From Felis catus (Eukaryota): DNA of 64,000 bases. Every line of letters begins with the position of its first letter. Positions within the stretch are counted from its first letter, which is position 1. The DNA lies in assembly GCF_018350175.1 (NCBI RefSeq), contig NC_058368.1, forward strand, positions 52,391,815-52,455,814, in the 5' to 3' direction. Both the position numbers and the translations under genes were made by a program. The notes beneath the pieces were generated by a model, which saw only the letters and a program-made list of their open reading frames with translations, had not been told where the DNA came from and searched no databases. Shown piece after piece: positions 11,976-25,295 of the stretch.

Positions 11976-14900
11976 TTAAGTTTTTCACTTTTTAGTATGA
12001 AATTGGGCTTTACTGAGCTTAGGAAGACATGACTATCGTTTTATGGACAATTATTTTTTAACCATTTGTTTTGCTTGTTTTATTATTCTACATTTGTTCA
12101 GTAATCTTAAACTTATTGATTACTTGTTGCAAAGGAACACATTTATTACAATAATAAATATTTCCTTCTCTGGGAAATTGCTGTGAATCCATGAATATTT
12201 AAGGTTTGAAATCACACAATTTAAGGGACTACAGAAAGATTCTTCCAGATTCAAGCGAATTCACTGACAAGGAGATAATTAGTTTACAAAACATTAATTG
12301 TACACAATTTCTTAGACACAAATCTAAGAAGGAAGTGCATCAATGTCTTGGAAAAGAGTATGCCCATACTTGTTCTGCCCCTTATCACCTGCCAGATTTG
12401 TGGTAAGTTTTATAAATTATCTGGCTTCAATTACAACTTTTAAGAATTGATGTAGATGTAAGATAGAGGAGAAAATAGTCAACTAATTATTTTAATGAAT
12501 ATAAAATGGTCAATCTACACATTTTTAATACAAAAAATATACTCTTTTGTTTCTAATATGCCACTTCTGCTCAACTTCACAAGTGACTCAATCTACATGG
12601 ATACAGATTAATTTAAAATCCATTTTATATACAACTATTGTACTTGCATATGTGTATATTTATGTGTATATACGTACATGTACAGGTATACATATCATAT
12701 GGGTTGCTTAAATTTTCTATCAACAGTTATCAAATGTTACTAGTTAGCTATCTAAATGGTTCTTATTTTCCAACTATTTCCAGATTGTGTTTAGACAAGA
12801 TCGTACCAGGCACCTGGGAGTGATGCTTCAGATACTCTGGCTGCTCTTTGGCTTTTGAACTTTTACCCCATGTAATGCATTTGCTCCTTTCTCTGCACAG
12901 ATTAGTTAATTACTTGATGTCTAGGTATACTAATTAATTCTTGACATTAAAACCTAGTTCAATGATTCATTTAATTGTGGAAAGGTTTTGATATTTCTTT
13001 TCAAACTATGTTATTACAATATAAATACACCAGCAAGTTCAACTTTTACTTTTTGGTTTAAAAATGATTTTTTTTCTCTAAATCTATATTACACAACTCT
13101 TATAAATATAATTTCCGTATCCAAATATAATATTCCTTTTACATCAAAAAATAAAATATCCCTAACTAGATATTGTGTAATTATAGATTTATATATTTAG
13201 ATTCAAAATGTTCTCTCTTTCACTAATAGTCATTGAAATTTATTACCATTCGCTTCATCAGACCTAAGTAGATTTGTACCATTTTGGGAGAAAAAAATCA
13301 GTTTTGAATACAAATAAGTTTCTGCCTTTTTTTCAGAGCATAAGTCCCATTTTCCATTGCGACTTTAACAAACAACTGAAATAGCCTGCAAATGATATAG
13401 AACAGATATTTTAGTTACAGAGGTTTTGAGATCAGTCAACTTAAAAAGGAGGGAGAGAACATTCTGTAAGACAACACAAAGTATATCAGTGAATTTGGAG
13501 AGACACTATCCACGTGTTGATGACATATCCTGCTTATGTTTATGTTTGTGTTATTCTAGTCAGGCTGAGCTTACACGTTTCATTTTGATTCACTTTATTT
13601 CTTCTTTTCTCCTTGGCTCACCCAAAGATGGGCTTTCGAGCAATATTCCCCCACACAATGCCTTATGGATTCATCTAGCACTTTCACTAGACTGCATTCC
13701 CTAACAGTGAACACAAAGTGTCACTGTGACTGCATGCTAATAGTCTAAAATTCAAGAAAACACTTGCCCAAATTTGAAATTCATTCCTTTGCAAGTTGGT
13801 ATTTTCTCTGAATCTTCAGTGGTTAATTATCCTTCAGTTAAGTTGGGCAAGACTTTAATTGTTCTTATTTTTACCCCCTGGTCTTTCAGATACTAAAGCA
13901 GTACCTTTATTTTTTTTCTCTTGATGATACAAGAAAGAAAACAAAAGGACAGAGATTCTGAACCTTTCAGTTTTCAGGTCTGATGACATGTGAATTCGTG
14001 GGCATTTAAGAAAGAAATTGGTCTGTTGCTAATGACCTCAGCGCACACATTTGAGGTTCGCGATGCACCATGTGTGTTTCATCACTGTGCTAGAAAAAGC
14101 TCTTCTGCTCAGAACTGAAAAGGAACGTGGATTCCTCCAAATGCACAACAGGCAAACACCTGTATCAACTTATAACTGAATCCTTCAAAACCTATCAGCT
14201 TTTTTCTTAAAATTCTGGTCTGCATAGTACAGATACTAGCGACAGCTGTTTCTGAATGTATTTTCCAGTAGCAAACAGAAAGATTTGCCTTTGTTTTACT
14301 TTATATATCTTAATATTATTAACTTTCTCCATATTGGGAGGCATATACATTTCTGTATTCTGTATTCTGATGAATATTTGTTCATCATCGTATCATTTCA
14401 GAACCACAGCAAGTATTTTCTTTCAAAATCTATTACAGTATTCCACCTTATTGGAAACACCAATTGTTTTACTATGTCTAAGTATTTGTACCCTCAAAAA
14501 CATACAAACTAATTTTTAGTTCAGTGTTCATGTAGAAAAACTACAAAGATGAAATGGTGGGCTTCTATTTGGAGATACGTTCTGTGGTGTGTATTGCTTG
14601 AAGCAGTATTTCTATCTGTGCTGTCTTACATTATTTCTTCATTTATCTGTCCGTGGTAGTTTTCCACTAAACCAGTCCCTCTAGCTAGCTCTCCCCAGGC
14701 TTGTCACTACCATTTTCTACAATTTTTATTTCCCACGATTGTGTCAATACAGTGTATGATGGATTCATATGGAGATATGGGATAATAGAGGCATGATAAT
14801 GTGTTAGGTACATCTTTTGTCTACTAGTTGGCATGTGCTTTTGTAGAAAAGATACTGATTAACAAACATTCAATGACAATTTTTCCATCTCTACCATGAT

Positions 14901-15461
14901 GCTCCTGGGCAAACTATTTAACCTTGGTTTATTTATTTATTTTAAATGCTCATCTATTACGAACAATGAATTAGTTTTAAAAATAATGGTCATGATTTCC
15001 AAATTTTCATGTAATGAAGTTAAAACAAGCGGATAATTTTTTTTTAGCATAGCATATCAAAGTTGTTTGTTTTAGTCCCCTATCCATAGTTTAAGAATCT
15101 ATACCTACAGCTAGTTTGACTTTTTAGAAACCAATGTGAGATATTTTTGTTGGTTTTTAATGAGCTTAAATTACCAGAGGATTTATAGAGACCTCGTGGC
15201 TACTGTTCAGCTGTGAATTTCTCATGTCTGGAATGTATAAGAATTTAGATATATTATTTGGGGACTTGGAATTTTGATTTTTGAGCAGGATGGTAGTATG
15301 TAACCCATTCTTTTTTTTTCTTGTATTACAAAAACTTTTATTAGCTATTTTTATGTGCAAGGTGTTGTACTAACACCTACAATACAAGGAGTCAAGGTAC
15401 TTGCTCCCATAAGCTCACAGATCTTCAAAAAGCAGCACATATGTAAGAAAACATTACAGGT

Positions 15462-15665
15462 AAGGGCACTTGAGCGGCTCAGTCAGTTGAGCATCCAACT
15501 CTTGATATCAGCTCAGGTCATGATCTCATCGTTTGTGGGTTCGAGCCCCACACTGGGCTCTGTGCTGACAGCACAGGGCCTGCTTGAGATTCTCTCTCTG
15601 CCTCTCCCTGTCCTCCACCCCATTCATGCTCTTTCAAAATAAAGAAACATTTAAAAAAAGAAAGA
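15462..15665 (+). mobile_element. CanSINE (older)
   Basis: Diverged head and body; TSD aagaaaacattacaggt / aagaaaacactacacgt. Confidence 0.9.
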
Positions 15666-15719
15666 AAGAAAACACTACACGTGCTGCAGTAGAATCCACA
15701 ATGGGAGAACGGGGATATG

Positions 15720-16242
15720 AGTTGTATCTGCATACCTTAAATGCTTCCTCAGATTCCCTCAAGTCACCTAGACCTTGGATGGCTGCCCACTTCAACTTGC
15801 ATCAAGACTCCCTATGTGCTCACAGATTCTGGTGTCTAAGGCAGTTTATCTACATACACGGAGCCTTTGGCTCCCCCAAGCAGTTCTGGACTAAAAGAAG
15901 CACTTGGTCTAGGAAGCCGCCAACAGGTTTGGTGATGCAATCCAAAAACATGGCAAGTTTTTGGCAAAACATGGCAAACAGACCAATGGGAGACAGGACC
16001 AGGATAATACAGTAGAGAAATTCCTTCTCATGGACTATTCTGAGTCGTGGCTTTTCCATACATCCTGTCTGGAAACATCCTGAAGCAGTGACATATCACC
16101 TTGCATTAGCTTCCCACCCTTGCGTGACATGGTCCATTTTCCTTCACCCTTGCAGCCTCGGGATTTCACTGCCCCCAAAAGCATGCATTGACAATCAAGC
16201 CTCACCTCAGTCTCTGCTATTTAGGGAAGCTAGGCTAAAATA
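15720..16242 (+). mobile_element. ERVL solo LTR (LTR33/LTR41/LTR16-like)
   Basis: ccaatgggagacagg internal motif; 3' end ctcagtctctgctatttagggaagctaggctaaaa resembles the LTR33/41 terminus. Confidence 0.55.
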
Positions 16243-17559
16243 GTAGTCAACTTGATTTACATGAGTGGGGGTGGGGTAGGGGAGGAGGAATGGAAAGTAT
16301 TGATCAATAAAGATTGCAGAGGGAGGTGAGGTCTATTTAAAATATGCAATGAGGCTTTTTTTTTTAATACTTAGCTCTCAGAAGTCTTTTACCCATTATA
16401 AATTACTACTTTGATCAGGAGAGACAGAAAATCTAAAAGTGAGAAAATAATGCAAGTCCATTAGTTCATCACTCCAGAGATGCCATCACTCCCCACTGCT
16501 CGCAATAACATCTAAAATTCTCACCCAGCAGCACAGTCAATGATCTCCAATCCCTTTGCCCATGTGATACATTACCTTTTGAGGATACCATCAATGTCTA
16601 TTTTTCTTCAAATTCTGCAGCTTAATTTTGAATGCAGGTTTTGTTTCAGCCATGCATTCAGAGACTGTTAACACAATTTAGTTAATTGTGGAGAGGCAAC
16701 ACATACATTCCTAAAGATGTGCACATTTCTAACCATCTGGTCCCTCAACTTCCACCTTTCTCTGCCTTCAAATTTGCCCCCGAACTTCTTGTTCTTCATG
16801 TTAAATCCAAATCACCCACATGGGGACTCAAGTTTGTTTTCCCTCCCTCTCTTATGTATTTCAAAGACTATGCGTGCTTCCCTTGCTTCGGTTCCCTTGT
16901 TCATCTCAAAGCAGGCTTACTATTCTTTGCCATCAAGGTGCCTACGCCACCTCAGTCAACAACTCATCCTTCCTTAAGAAAGAAGATACAACAAGCAAGC
17001 GTACTCCAACCCCTTTAGTAATCCTCCCTCCCTCCAAACGAGCATGGATAAAACCTCCATCTCCCCAAAGAGAATTTGGCAATGACCTACACTCCAATAT
17101 TCTTTTAAGAATACACTCATTCCACATGGCAGAAGTTTGTCTGGCCTCAAGCCCAATCTCAAAATTAGAAATTTGGCAAAGTCCATAAAGGTCCCATTTC
17201 TAGAAAAAATAAGTTCAATGATCCAAGTAGCAATTTACTCTAAGTTCTTCCAAATCCGACCTTTGTTTCAATGAAGCATAGCCATAATATAATGTATTGT
17301 GTGAATCAGTACACTTTTGAGACTTGAAAAAGGCTTGAGATAAGAGATATAAACAAGGGCTTCTTCGAAGGAACAGGTGTCTCATTACCCTACTTTTACC
17401 ATCTATGAATAATGTTTCCAGCCTTCATTTCAATTAATACAAGTTCAGGAATCACTCGTTGAGAGCTTTTGTTTATTTGTTTTTAGATGCTCAATTCAAG
17501 GGCTATTGGGTTTCAGAAGAAAAAAAAAATGTGAATATGGAAGTGAAATCTCAGCAGAG

Positions 17560-17750
17560 CACTTAAGAGTGAACATGCTATTTTATAATATCCTGGTTCT
17601 GCTAGCTTATGAGCTCTGGCAAGTCACTTAACCGCTCTGTGTCTCAGTTTTCATATCTGTAAAATGGATATGACCTCACAGCATTGTGAGGGTAAAAGTA
17701 AAGGCACCTAAAACAGTTCCTTGCATACAACACTGTATGTATTAGCTATT
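17560..17750 (+). mobile_element. MIR
   Basis: ggcaagtcacttaacc.ctctgtgtctcagtttt.catatctgtaaaatgg followed by an (att)n tail. Confidence 0.8.
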
Positions 17751-19078
17751 ATTATTATTGTAATTATTATTATTATTATTGGTAGCAGTATTACCTGACT
17801 TAAGGTGCAGCATAGAAAAAGAGGCCCTTCCAATGGTTCTGGATATTAAGATTACCATGGGAACAGCTTATGAGACAGGCCAAATCTCCCATGACTTTCT
17901 ATTTCTGCATTTCACATAAGGAATATGAAAAATCAACTTTTGATTCCCGTATAATATCCAGGACAAAAAAGTAAAGAATGAGAAGGCGTTTGCCGTTTGG
18001 AGAGACTTGCTTGCTCCCTCTCAGGGCACGTGTCCTCCTGTTCTGTTAACTTTTGTCAGCAAAGGAGATGGAAGACGTCCAAGTGTTTCTGCGCTTCGCG
18101 TTTAGGGGGATATCCAGAAAATAGTTGGAGCGGAGAAAGAGAAACTGTGAACCTGAACAAAGGAAAATTGAAGCCCAGAGGAGAAAACGAGGTACAAAGG
18201 TTCACTAAGACCTGTGAAAAAATCTCCCTCCGAAAGCTCCTCTCCCTGTGTTGAAATCAAGCAGGCATTTCTTTGCTGCTATGAATGCTCTGATTTCTCT
18301 CTTGCTGGGCCGTTAAGTGGGCTTGGATGTGGGGAATTTCTTCTGATCTTAGCCTTTTTATGGCCACAATGAACTGTCAGCACAGCCCGGGAAACCATTC
18401 CCTTCGAATTTCACAAGGCTGACCCTGCGAGGTCACCACCGGCTGTCCAAGGGGCAGGTGACCCTCACAGCTCCCAGGAGGGCCTCTGCCAGCCGGCAGT
18501 GGAAAAACAAGTACAAAAGACACTCAAAAACTCCCACACATCTCTCAAGCCAGCAAGAATCCCAAAGCTTCTCGCCTACGGGAGACCGGGCTTATTTTCA
18601 TTACCATCTCTGACATCATTCCAGGAGACACAGAAGACAACTATGTGGGTATCAAAAACAATTCACAGGCACCAATACCTCTGATGGAGAGTAATTGCAC
18701 CGGAGAAGAACCTGAACTTCTAACTTGTGTCCGTGGCACGTAAGGCACTTACTTGCCCTTATGCTGGGTGTATTCATTTTTACAATCAGAATTACCGTCA
18801 ATGTTTTTCTTCATCCATATCCTGTGTTTCCAGGGAAAGGGAAATTGGTGATTCTCTTGCTTCCTAAGTAATTATCCACTTTCCAAAAAGGAGGTATGAA
18901 ATTTCCTAGTCTAGGCAATTGGGGAGCTAAGCACTCCAGTGGCCTCTGGCAGGCATAGACATTTTATTGGAATGGGCCAATGACCCATTAACTGATTAGG
19001 TACCTGTAAATGTTTACTGAATGGTTTTGAAGAAATTAGGGTGAAATTACAGCAAAAGGATGTAGAGAGGTATCTTTT

Positions 19079-19304
19079 TTTTTTTAATTAAATTTTTTTT
19101 TAACATTTATTTATTTTTGGGACAGAGAGAGACAGAGCATGAATGGGGGAAGGACAGAGAGAGAGGGAGACACAGAATCGGAAGCAGGCTCCAGGCTCTG
19201 AGCGATCAGCCCAGAACCCGACGCGGGGCTCAAACTCATGGACCGCGAGACCGCGACCTGAGCTGAAGTCGGACGCTTAACCGTTTGAGCCACCCAGGCG
19301 CCCC
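19079..19304 (-). mobile_element. CanSINE (felid)
   Basis: Full reverse-complement element; TSD gtagagaggtatctttt / gtagggaggtatctttt. Confidence 0.96.
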
Positions 19305-20043
19305 AAGTAGGGAGGTATCTTTTAAAGGGTAACAAGTTTGAATTTAAGACTAATATATATTTTTTAATATTTAAATTTAGTGCCAATAATGAGCATACTG
19401 TTCGACCCTATAAAGCATGGAACACAGATGCCAGACAGGAGCTCCAGGTCTTTGGCCCTTTTCTCCATTCTCCCCGGGAGGCAACAGAAAGCCAGGAAAT
19501 TCAGTCTCAGCTCTCTGAGACCCAGGAGAAAAGCAACAGGCCCAGGTCTCCTGACTCGCAGACCAGTGCTCTTTACACAACGCCTAAATCTGATCTAATA
19601 ATAAAGAATAATCTTAGAAGTTTAAAATGAAGTGTGAAAATGCAAACACATTGATTCCCTTACGTACTGTGTTAAAATCGGTAAATGAGCTTGTTAGGAA
19701 ATACACATCCAAGGGCATGCACTGGGTGGAAAAGGAAGAACATGTGATTGGATGATAAATTGTCGGGCTATGCTACGATGCCTTGGCTTCCTCCTGGGCC
19801 CAGCCGGGTGACTACTCCAGTCTTGGCCTCCATCCTGATCTGTGATGTGTGAGATGTGACACGTGCCCCAGAGTCATTTCTCCTTCTTCTTTTCCCCATT
19901 AGCCCAGCCCCCACCCCTTCAGGGCTCTGCTTCCATCTGGAGAAACGCTTTCCAAACCCCTTAAAAAGTTGCCTCTAAAATGAAGGTTCGAGTGTTTGGT
20001 TTTGGTTTTTGTTTTTTTTTTTTTAAGGTAAATTAATTTTAAA

Positions 20044-20286
20044 TTTTAAATTTTTTTTAACGTTTATGCATTTTTTGAGAGACAAAGAGAGACAGAAAGT
20101 AAGTGGGGAAGGGGCAGAGAGAGAGAGGGAGACACAGAATCCGAAGCAGGCTCTAGGCTCGAACTAACAGCACAGAGCCCGAGGCGGGGAGGGGGAAGGG
20201 GCTCGAACTCAAGGAACTCACGGACCAGGAGATCATGACCTGAGCCAAAGTCGTTCGCTCAACCGACTGAGTCACCCAGGTGTCCC
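20044..20286 (-). mobile_element. CanSINE with an internal G-rich insertion
   Basis: Reverse-complement element; perfect TSD ggtaaattaattttaaa at 20027 and 20287. Confidence 0.95.
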
Positions 20287-22005
20287 GGTAAATTAATTTT
20301 AAAAAGGTAAATAAAACATGAAAAATATTCTTGCATTTAGAAAAGATTGATTGTTGATAATTTTTTAACAGTTGATCTCTTTGAACATTTAAAATATCTG
20401 GGCACTATTCAAAATGCGTCGCGGGTCCTCCATTCGCACGGAGCTTTGCACTGGAGGAAATCTCTGGCCTGAGCACAGTGCACTGTACCGTCTCTCTAGC
20501 TCCTTTTCTAACATAGCTGCTGATGGACATAGCTAATCAACCGTGAAGTCTAAAACCTGAACCATAAGCAAGCAGGTAGGCTTTGCCTCCAGACGTAATT
20601 TTCCCTCTACGTTGTTATGTAAAATTCAGAATGAACAATGCTAAAGTGTAGGGTTTCGTATTGCTCTGAAGGATCTGACCTCTAAAACCATCAGGATTAA
20701 ATCTTGGATATTCCCTATATCGTAGTAAGTGTTCAGCACCCTAGACTCAAAGGACTGTATGGATGGAGGTAATGGTCGAGGAGGGAAAGTAGGAGGATCA
20801 AGGAAAAGATTGTGGGGCTGGACACGAGGAAAAAAGCACGCAATCGCATCTTGCGGCACGAAGGGTGGCATTCTTCATGAACACTTCTCAGTTACGTCTA
20901 CCTCCTAGCTGCTGTGTTTTTGAAAAAAGTGATAAAAGTTTTAGATCTGATCCAAGAGGTGTGGAAAGATTGCTACAGCAATAACTCAACGTTAGTCACC
21001 AAAGAGACATGCTAACCTTAGAATGCCTTTCACATATACAGTTTGCTGTTTTGAAATGCCTAGACGCTACCCATATCTGTTGGTCTGCTAATGTCCGCTG
21101 CGTTCATAATGTACAGGAAATAGGAACTCTTGTGTCCTGATTCTGTAATAAAACGTGAGTGACTTAAAAGTAAATACACGCAAAAATGAGCTGCTATAGT
21201 CTTGCTCAGGAGCTGTGCTTTTTATAGTGGATCTCCTACTGCAACATTCCTTATTAAATTTATTGTGGCTTTTAATAAGCTGGTTCTCCAAATGTGAAAA
21301 GTCGATGTTGATATACCGGGATTGTATGGCTGAGAAATAAAGGGAGTGCCTATTTAATTCTGAAAGATAATAAGACAGATTAGGCCATTTTTTATTTCAG
21401 AATGCGCTCGTTCCAACATTTGTAGGAGCAACCAGATAAACCTGCCAACATCTGCCCGTATTACACAAAGAACTGGCTCTAATAACATTTTGGTCCTACT
21501 ATTACAAGATCTTAGCACGAGAGTGAAGAAATCCAAGGCAGAATGATGACTAACTTGACATTAAATCTTCACTAATATTGATGTGCCTAAATCTTAGAGA
21601 ACATTCGATGTGCCTGTGATCCTGAACCATTTGACAGCTTTTATATAATATTCTAGGCAAAGGTGACCCGATCCTCCTCTGCTATTGACAGTGCAGCTGA
21701 AATGGCCCTCCAATAAATGAGGAGGATTATCCAGCCAAGATGGCAAACAACAGCTTCTAATATGCACCAGGAAATTTCCATAGCACGCTGGATCTTTGCC
21801 GTCAATGACATGGATCATGCCTGAATATAAAGCACGCATTTCCCTGGGCACCTGATAAGTTTTAAAGGATAAAAATACGCAAAACTGACTTCAGACTTAA
21901 AGACCAGCTCTTGCTCCTATAGAAGTAGAGGAAGTTCTATTGAGGGAAGCCCCGGAGAGTCTTTCAGTGTTGTGTTAGTGTGTGTTATCTCCCTTAGCTG
22001 TATTC

Positions 22006-22218
22006 TCTTTTTTTAATTTTTTTTCCCTTATTTTTGAGGGAGAGGGAGACAAAGCATGAGTGGGGGAGGGGCAGAGAGAGGGAGACACAGAATCCAAAGC
22101 AGGCTCCAGGCTCCTAGCTATCAACACAGAGGCCGTCGCCGGGCTCGAACTCACGAACTGGGAGATCATGACCTGAGCTGAAGTCAGAGGCTTACCCGAT
22201 GGAGCCACCCAGGCGCCC
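22006..22218 (-). mobile_element. CanSINE
   Basis: Reverse-complement element; TSD cttagctgtattc / cttagttgtattc. Confidence 0.94.
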
Positions 22219-22278
22219 GTCTCTTAGTTGTATTCCAATGAGTTGACAGAGAGCCTCCAATTTAAAAATCACAGAAGA

Positions 22279-22460
22279 GATACTGTAATAGCGTTGTACA
22301 ATGACAGATGATAGCTACACTTGGGGTGAGCACAGCATAATGTTTAAACTTATCGAATCACTATGTTGTACACCTGAAACTAAGTAACATTGTGTGTCAA
22401 CGAAACCCAAATTTAAAACATTAGTAAAAAAAAAATAAAATAAAATAAAAAAAGAGAAAG
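22279..22460 (+). mobile_element. 5'-truncated carnivore L1 3' end with A tail
   Basis: tcactatgttgtacacctgaaacta...attgtgtgtcaac L1 3'UTR end and A-rich tail; TSD aaaaatcacagaaga / aaaaattacagaaga. Confidence 0.88.
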
Positions 22461-24187
22461 AAAAATTACAGAAGAACGCAGGGAGTACACTAAATATGAG
22501 TTGCAAGAAAATAAAAATAAATAAGCACCAACAAGTTGTTTGGGGGATAATGAAATTTGTGTAGGGCTTGTGCAATATGTTCAAGAAATCTGCATTGATG
22601 TAACCCATAAGGAATGCTACTTTTGCCTCTCGACTTATGGGAAAATAATCAAAGAAAAGCTTGGGTGCTTGTCGTCAATTCATAGCCTATAAGTTACCTG
22701 CTGTAAATTTAGTTTATAATAGTGTAATTAGCTGCCACATGGCCAGGTTTTCTAAATGCTCTTCCTCCTGAAGGGAGCTTGACAATTTGAATGCCACAGA
22801 ATATCAATACCAATCTTTTACAGCCCTTTGCCAGAGCAGCCTCAGGATAAGTTGAGCTGGCGTGGTAACTGCATTAGAGAATTGAGTTTGTTCTTTTTCA
22901 GAAGACAAATATACTATCTTTGAAACCACTTACAAGGAAAAAAATAGGCATTAAACGCTAGTGTATAACAGCAAACAAAACTTGTTAATAATATGAATAC
23001 CCTGGCATTGTAAAAGATACGTGATCTTTAAACTCCAAGAGAAAATGGTACCTGTGAGAGGCAAACCCAGACCACATTACAGACGACTTGCTTGGAGAAA
23101 TAGAATGTGTGTGGAGGGGCAGGGGTTAGCTGACGACAGTCAGATCTAATGCAGTGTTGTAGTATGTAATAAGAGCCATGAAATAAATGTGTTCGTAGCG
23201 TCTTAAATGACTAAGAGTATGAATGCAGTTTTCTGTAGATCCAGCAGAATGCAGCTGCCAGAAATAAAAGTTGCAAAAGAGAGAAAACATTAACTGCTCT
23301 GTTGGAAAAACACTCAAAAGCTAATGGTAAGCTTGTATTGAGAAAGATTTTAGTTAATAAGGAAAGGTTAGTTCGTTTTATGATCCTTCGTGGAACGCTC
23401 TAACTTTTGATGCATAGCTATAGACACTGCAAGATTTTTCAACCTGCTCGTAATTACAACGTTACGCACGTTAAATTAAGAAGCGTTTTATAAATTGTGA
23501 GTCATCCTTAGGAAATCAGTGCAATCACTTTTATAAAACAGTATAGAAGCACATAATTTCTGAATGAAGCCTACTTTATGTCAAATTGAATAGATTTATC
23601 TTTGTGAAAATCGCACATAAATCTGAAGCTATTATCGTTGTGAGCAGAATTTTAAAAAACTGTTGGTAGGTGCCTGGTGGCAATTGGAAAACCACACATT
23701 TCTAACTCCCTTTCGAACTTTTACTTACGTCTTCTCATTTTTTCCGGCGCTCATGAGTTGGCAATTCTGTGACTACATACAGGGCATGATTCACCAGCGG
23801 CATAACTCCAGGAGCACTGAGATACTCCTGCAGTGACTGTATCTACAGGGTGGTCACCTTGTGTATCAGGTGTGGGATGACTGCAGCTTGGCTTTTCATT
23901 GGACAGTACCTCGGCTGCCATAGAAGTGACCAACCAATAATCTTTTGAAAACATCTACCTCTATGATTGCACAAGGGAGAGACTTTGCCTACAAATCTAC
24001 TCAGGGGCTAATTTTTGAAGAGGAGCGTGGACCAGATTGTGGATTATATAAATGCATTTACATAAAGACATTGGAAAAGTGAATCCTAAGACACCTGATG
24101 TGCAGTACTTTAAGGAGTCATTGTCTTCATGAGAATGTTTTGTACTGCCCTGTCAAGAAATATAGAAAATAAAAATATTAATAAAGA

Positions 24188-24330
24188 GGGGCGCCCGGAT
24201 GGCTCAGTAGGTTTAGTGTCCAACTTCGGTTCAGGTCATGATCTCATGGTTTGTGAGTTCAAGCCCCGCTTTGGGCTCTGTGCTGACAGCGCGGAGCCCG
24301 GAGCCTGCTTGTACAAAAATTATTTTTGAA
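24188..24330 (+). mobile_element. CanSINE lacking the CT-rich 3' part
   Basis: Head and body to ggagcctgcttg, then directly an A/T tail; loose TSD ataaaaatat on both sides. Confidence 0.85.
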
Positions 24331-24599
24331 TATAAAAATATAACAAGTCCATCAGTCAAGACGTTAGTGCTACGAGGAAACTTATGTGACCATGTGGTTT
24401 TCAATATATTGTTCTCCTTTTAATCATGTATAGCCTGGGTTGTATGAAAAGATTGGGGAAAAGTAAATGTAGTATTTTAGGCACAGCAATGAAATGTCAA
24501 TGAGAGGTTGACAGTACGGAGTAGTTGTCATTGCCCTATTGAAAATTCTCTTTGCTTCTTTGTGCAGCAGTTATGAAAAACAGACCCACATTGCCAGTC

Positions 24600-24980
24600 T
24601 GTTGATGTAGACAGAGCTGGCAATGCTGGTGACTTGGTCCAAATTGATGGAAGCAGACACAGAGTGAAGTAGAAAAATTCTAGATGTGAATCGCTAGGTG
24701 AAACCAACAGAACTTGCCAGTTGGTTGAATGTGGAGAGTTTGGGAATCCGGGACTGAAAAGGAAAAAAGAAAGAATGATTCTCGTGTGTTTAGTTTAAAC
24801 AGATCATTCAATTTGCTGCTGATGGGGAAGTCTGGGAGGGGAAAAAGGAAACAGCAAGAACAAATTGATTTTTTTAAAAACTAAGTATTAAGTTTGAGAT
24901 GCCTGTTAGATATTCAGGTGGACAAGTAAAGTAGGTGGTTGGGCGTAGGAGTCTGGGGCTCAGTATAGCATAGATTTGGA
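24600..24980 (+). mobile_element. L2 fragment
   Basis: aggtgaaaccaacagaacttg...ttggttgaatgtgg...aagtttgagatgcctgttagatattcaggtgga is typical of L2. Confidence 0.65.
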
Positions 24981-25161
24981 GCATTGAACTTTGTGTGTGT
25001 GTGAACCATTCATTTCCCCCTTCCTAACATTACTCTGATTCCTTCAGGGTATCAGCCCTTTCCCCTTTGTGTAGCCTTGGTGAGACGGTGAATACAACTG
25101 GTCTACAATCTAAAACTGCCTGATGCTTTGTCTTACCAACCTGTACAACCAATGTGTGCAC

Positions 25162-25295
25162 CCAGTGAGGATGTGTGGGCAAGCATTGTAACAACCAACT
25201 CTCCAAGGGTCAAAAGCCCTATTTTGCCAATATCCATGGTATAAATGCTCCCGTCATGGTTTATTTCAATCTACCAACATGATATCACAGTTACC
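25162..25295 (+). mobile_element. MER63-like hAT-Blackjack fragment
   Basis: taacaaccaactctcc...tttgccaatatccatggtataaatgctccc..catgg..tatttcaa.ctaccaacatgat. Confidence 0.6.

Noticed and set aside
13971..14122. C/D-box snoRNA (TGATGA...CTGA)
   Set aside because: The C box lacks the leading purine, there is no properly placed terminal stem, and I see no recognisable rRNA guide.
20732..20752. REST/NRSE site
   Set aside because: The left half TTCAGCACC is perfect but the right half (agactc vs GGACAG) is poor.
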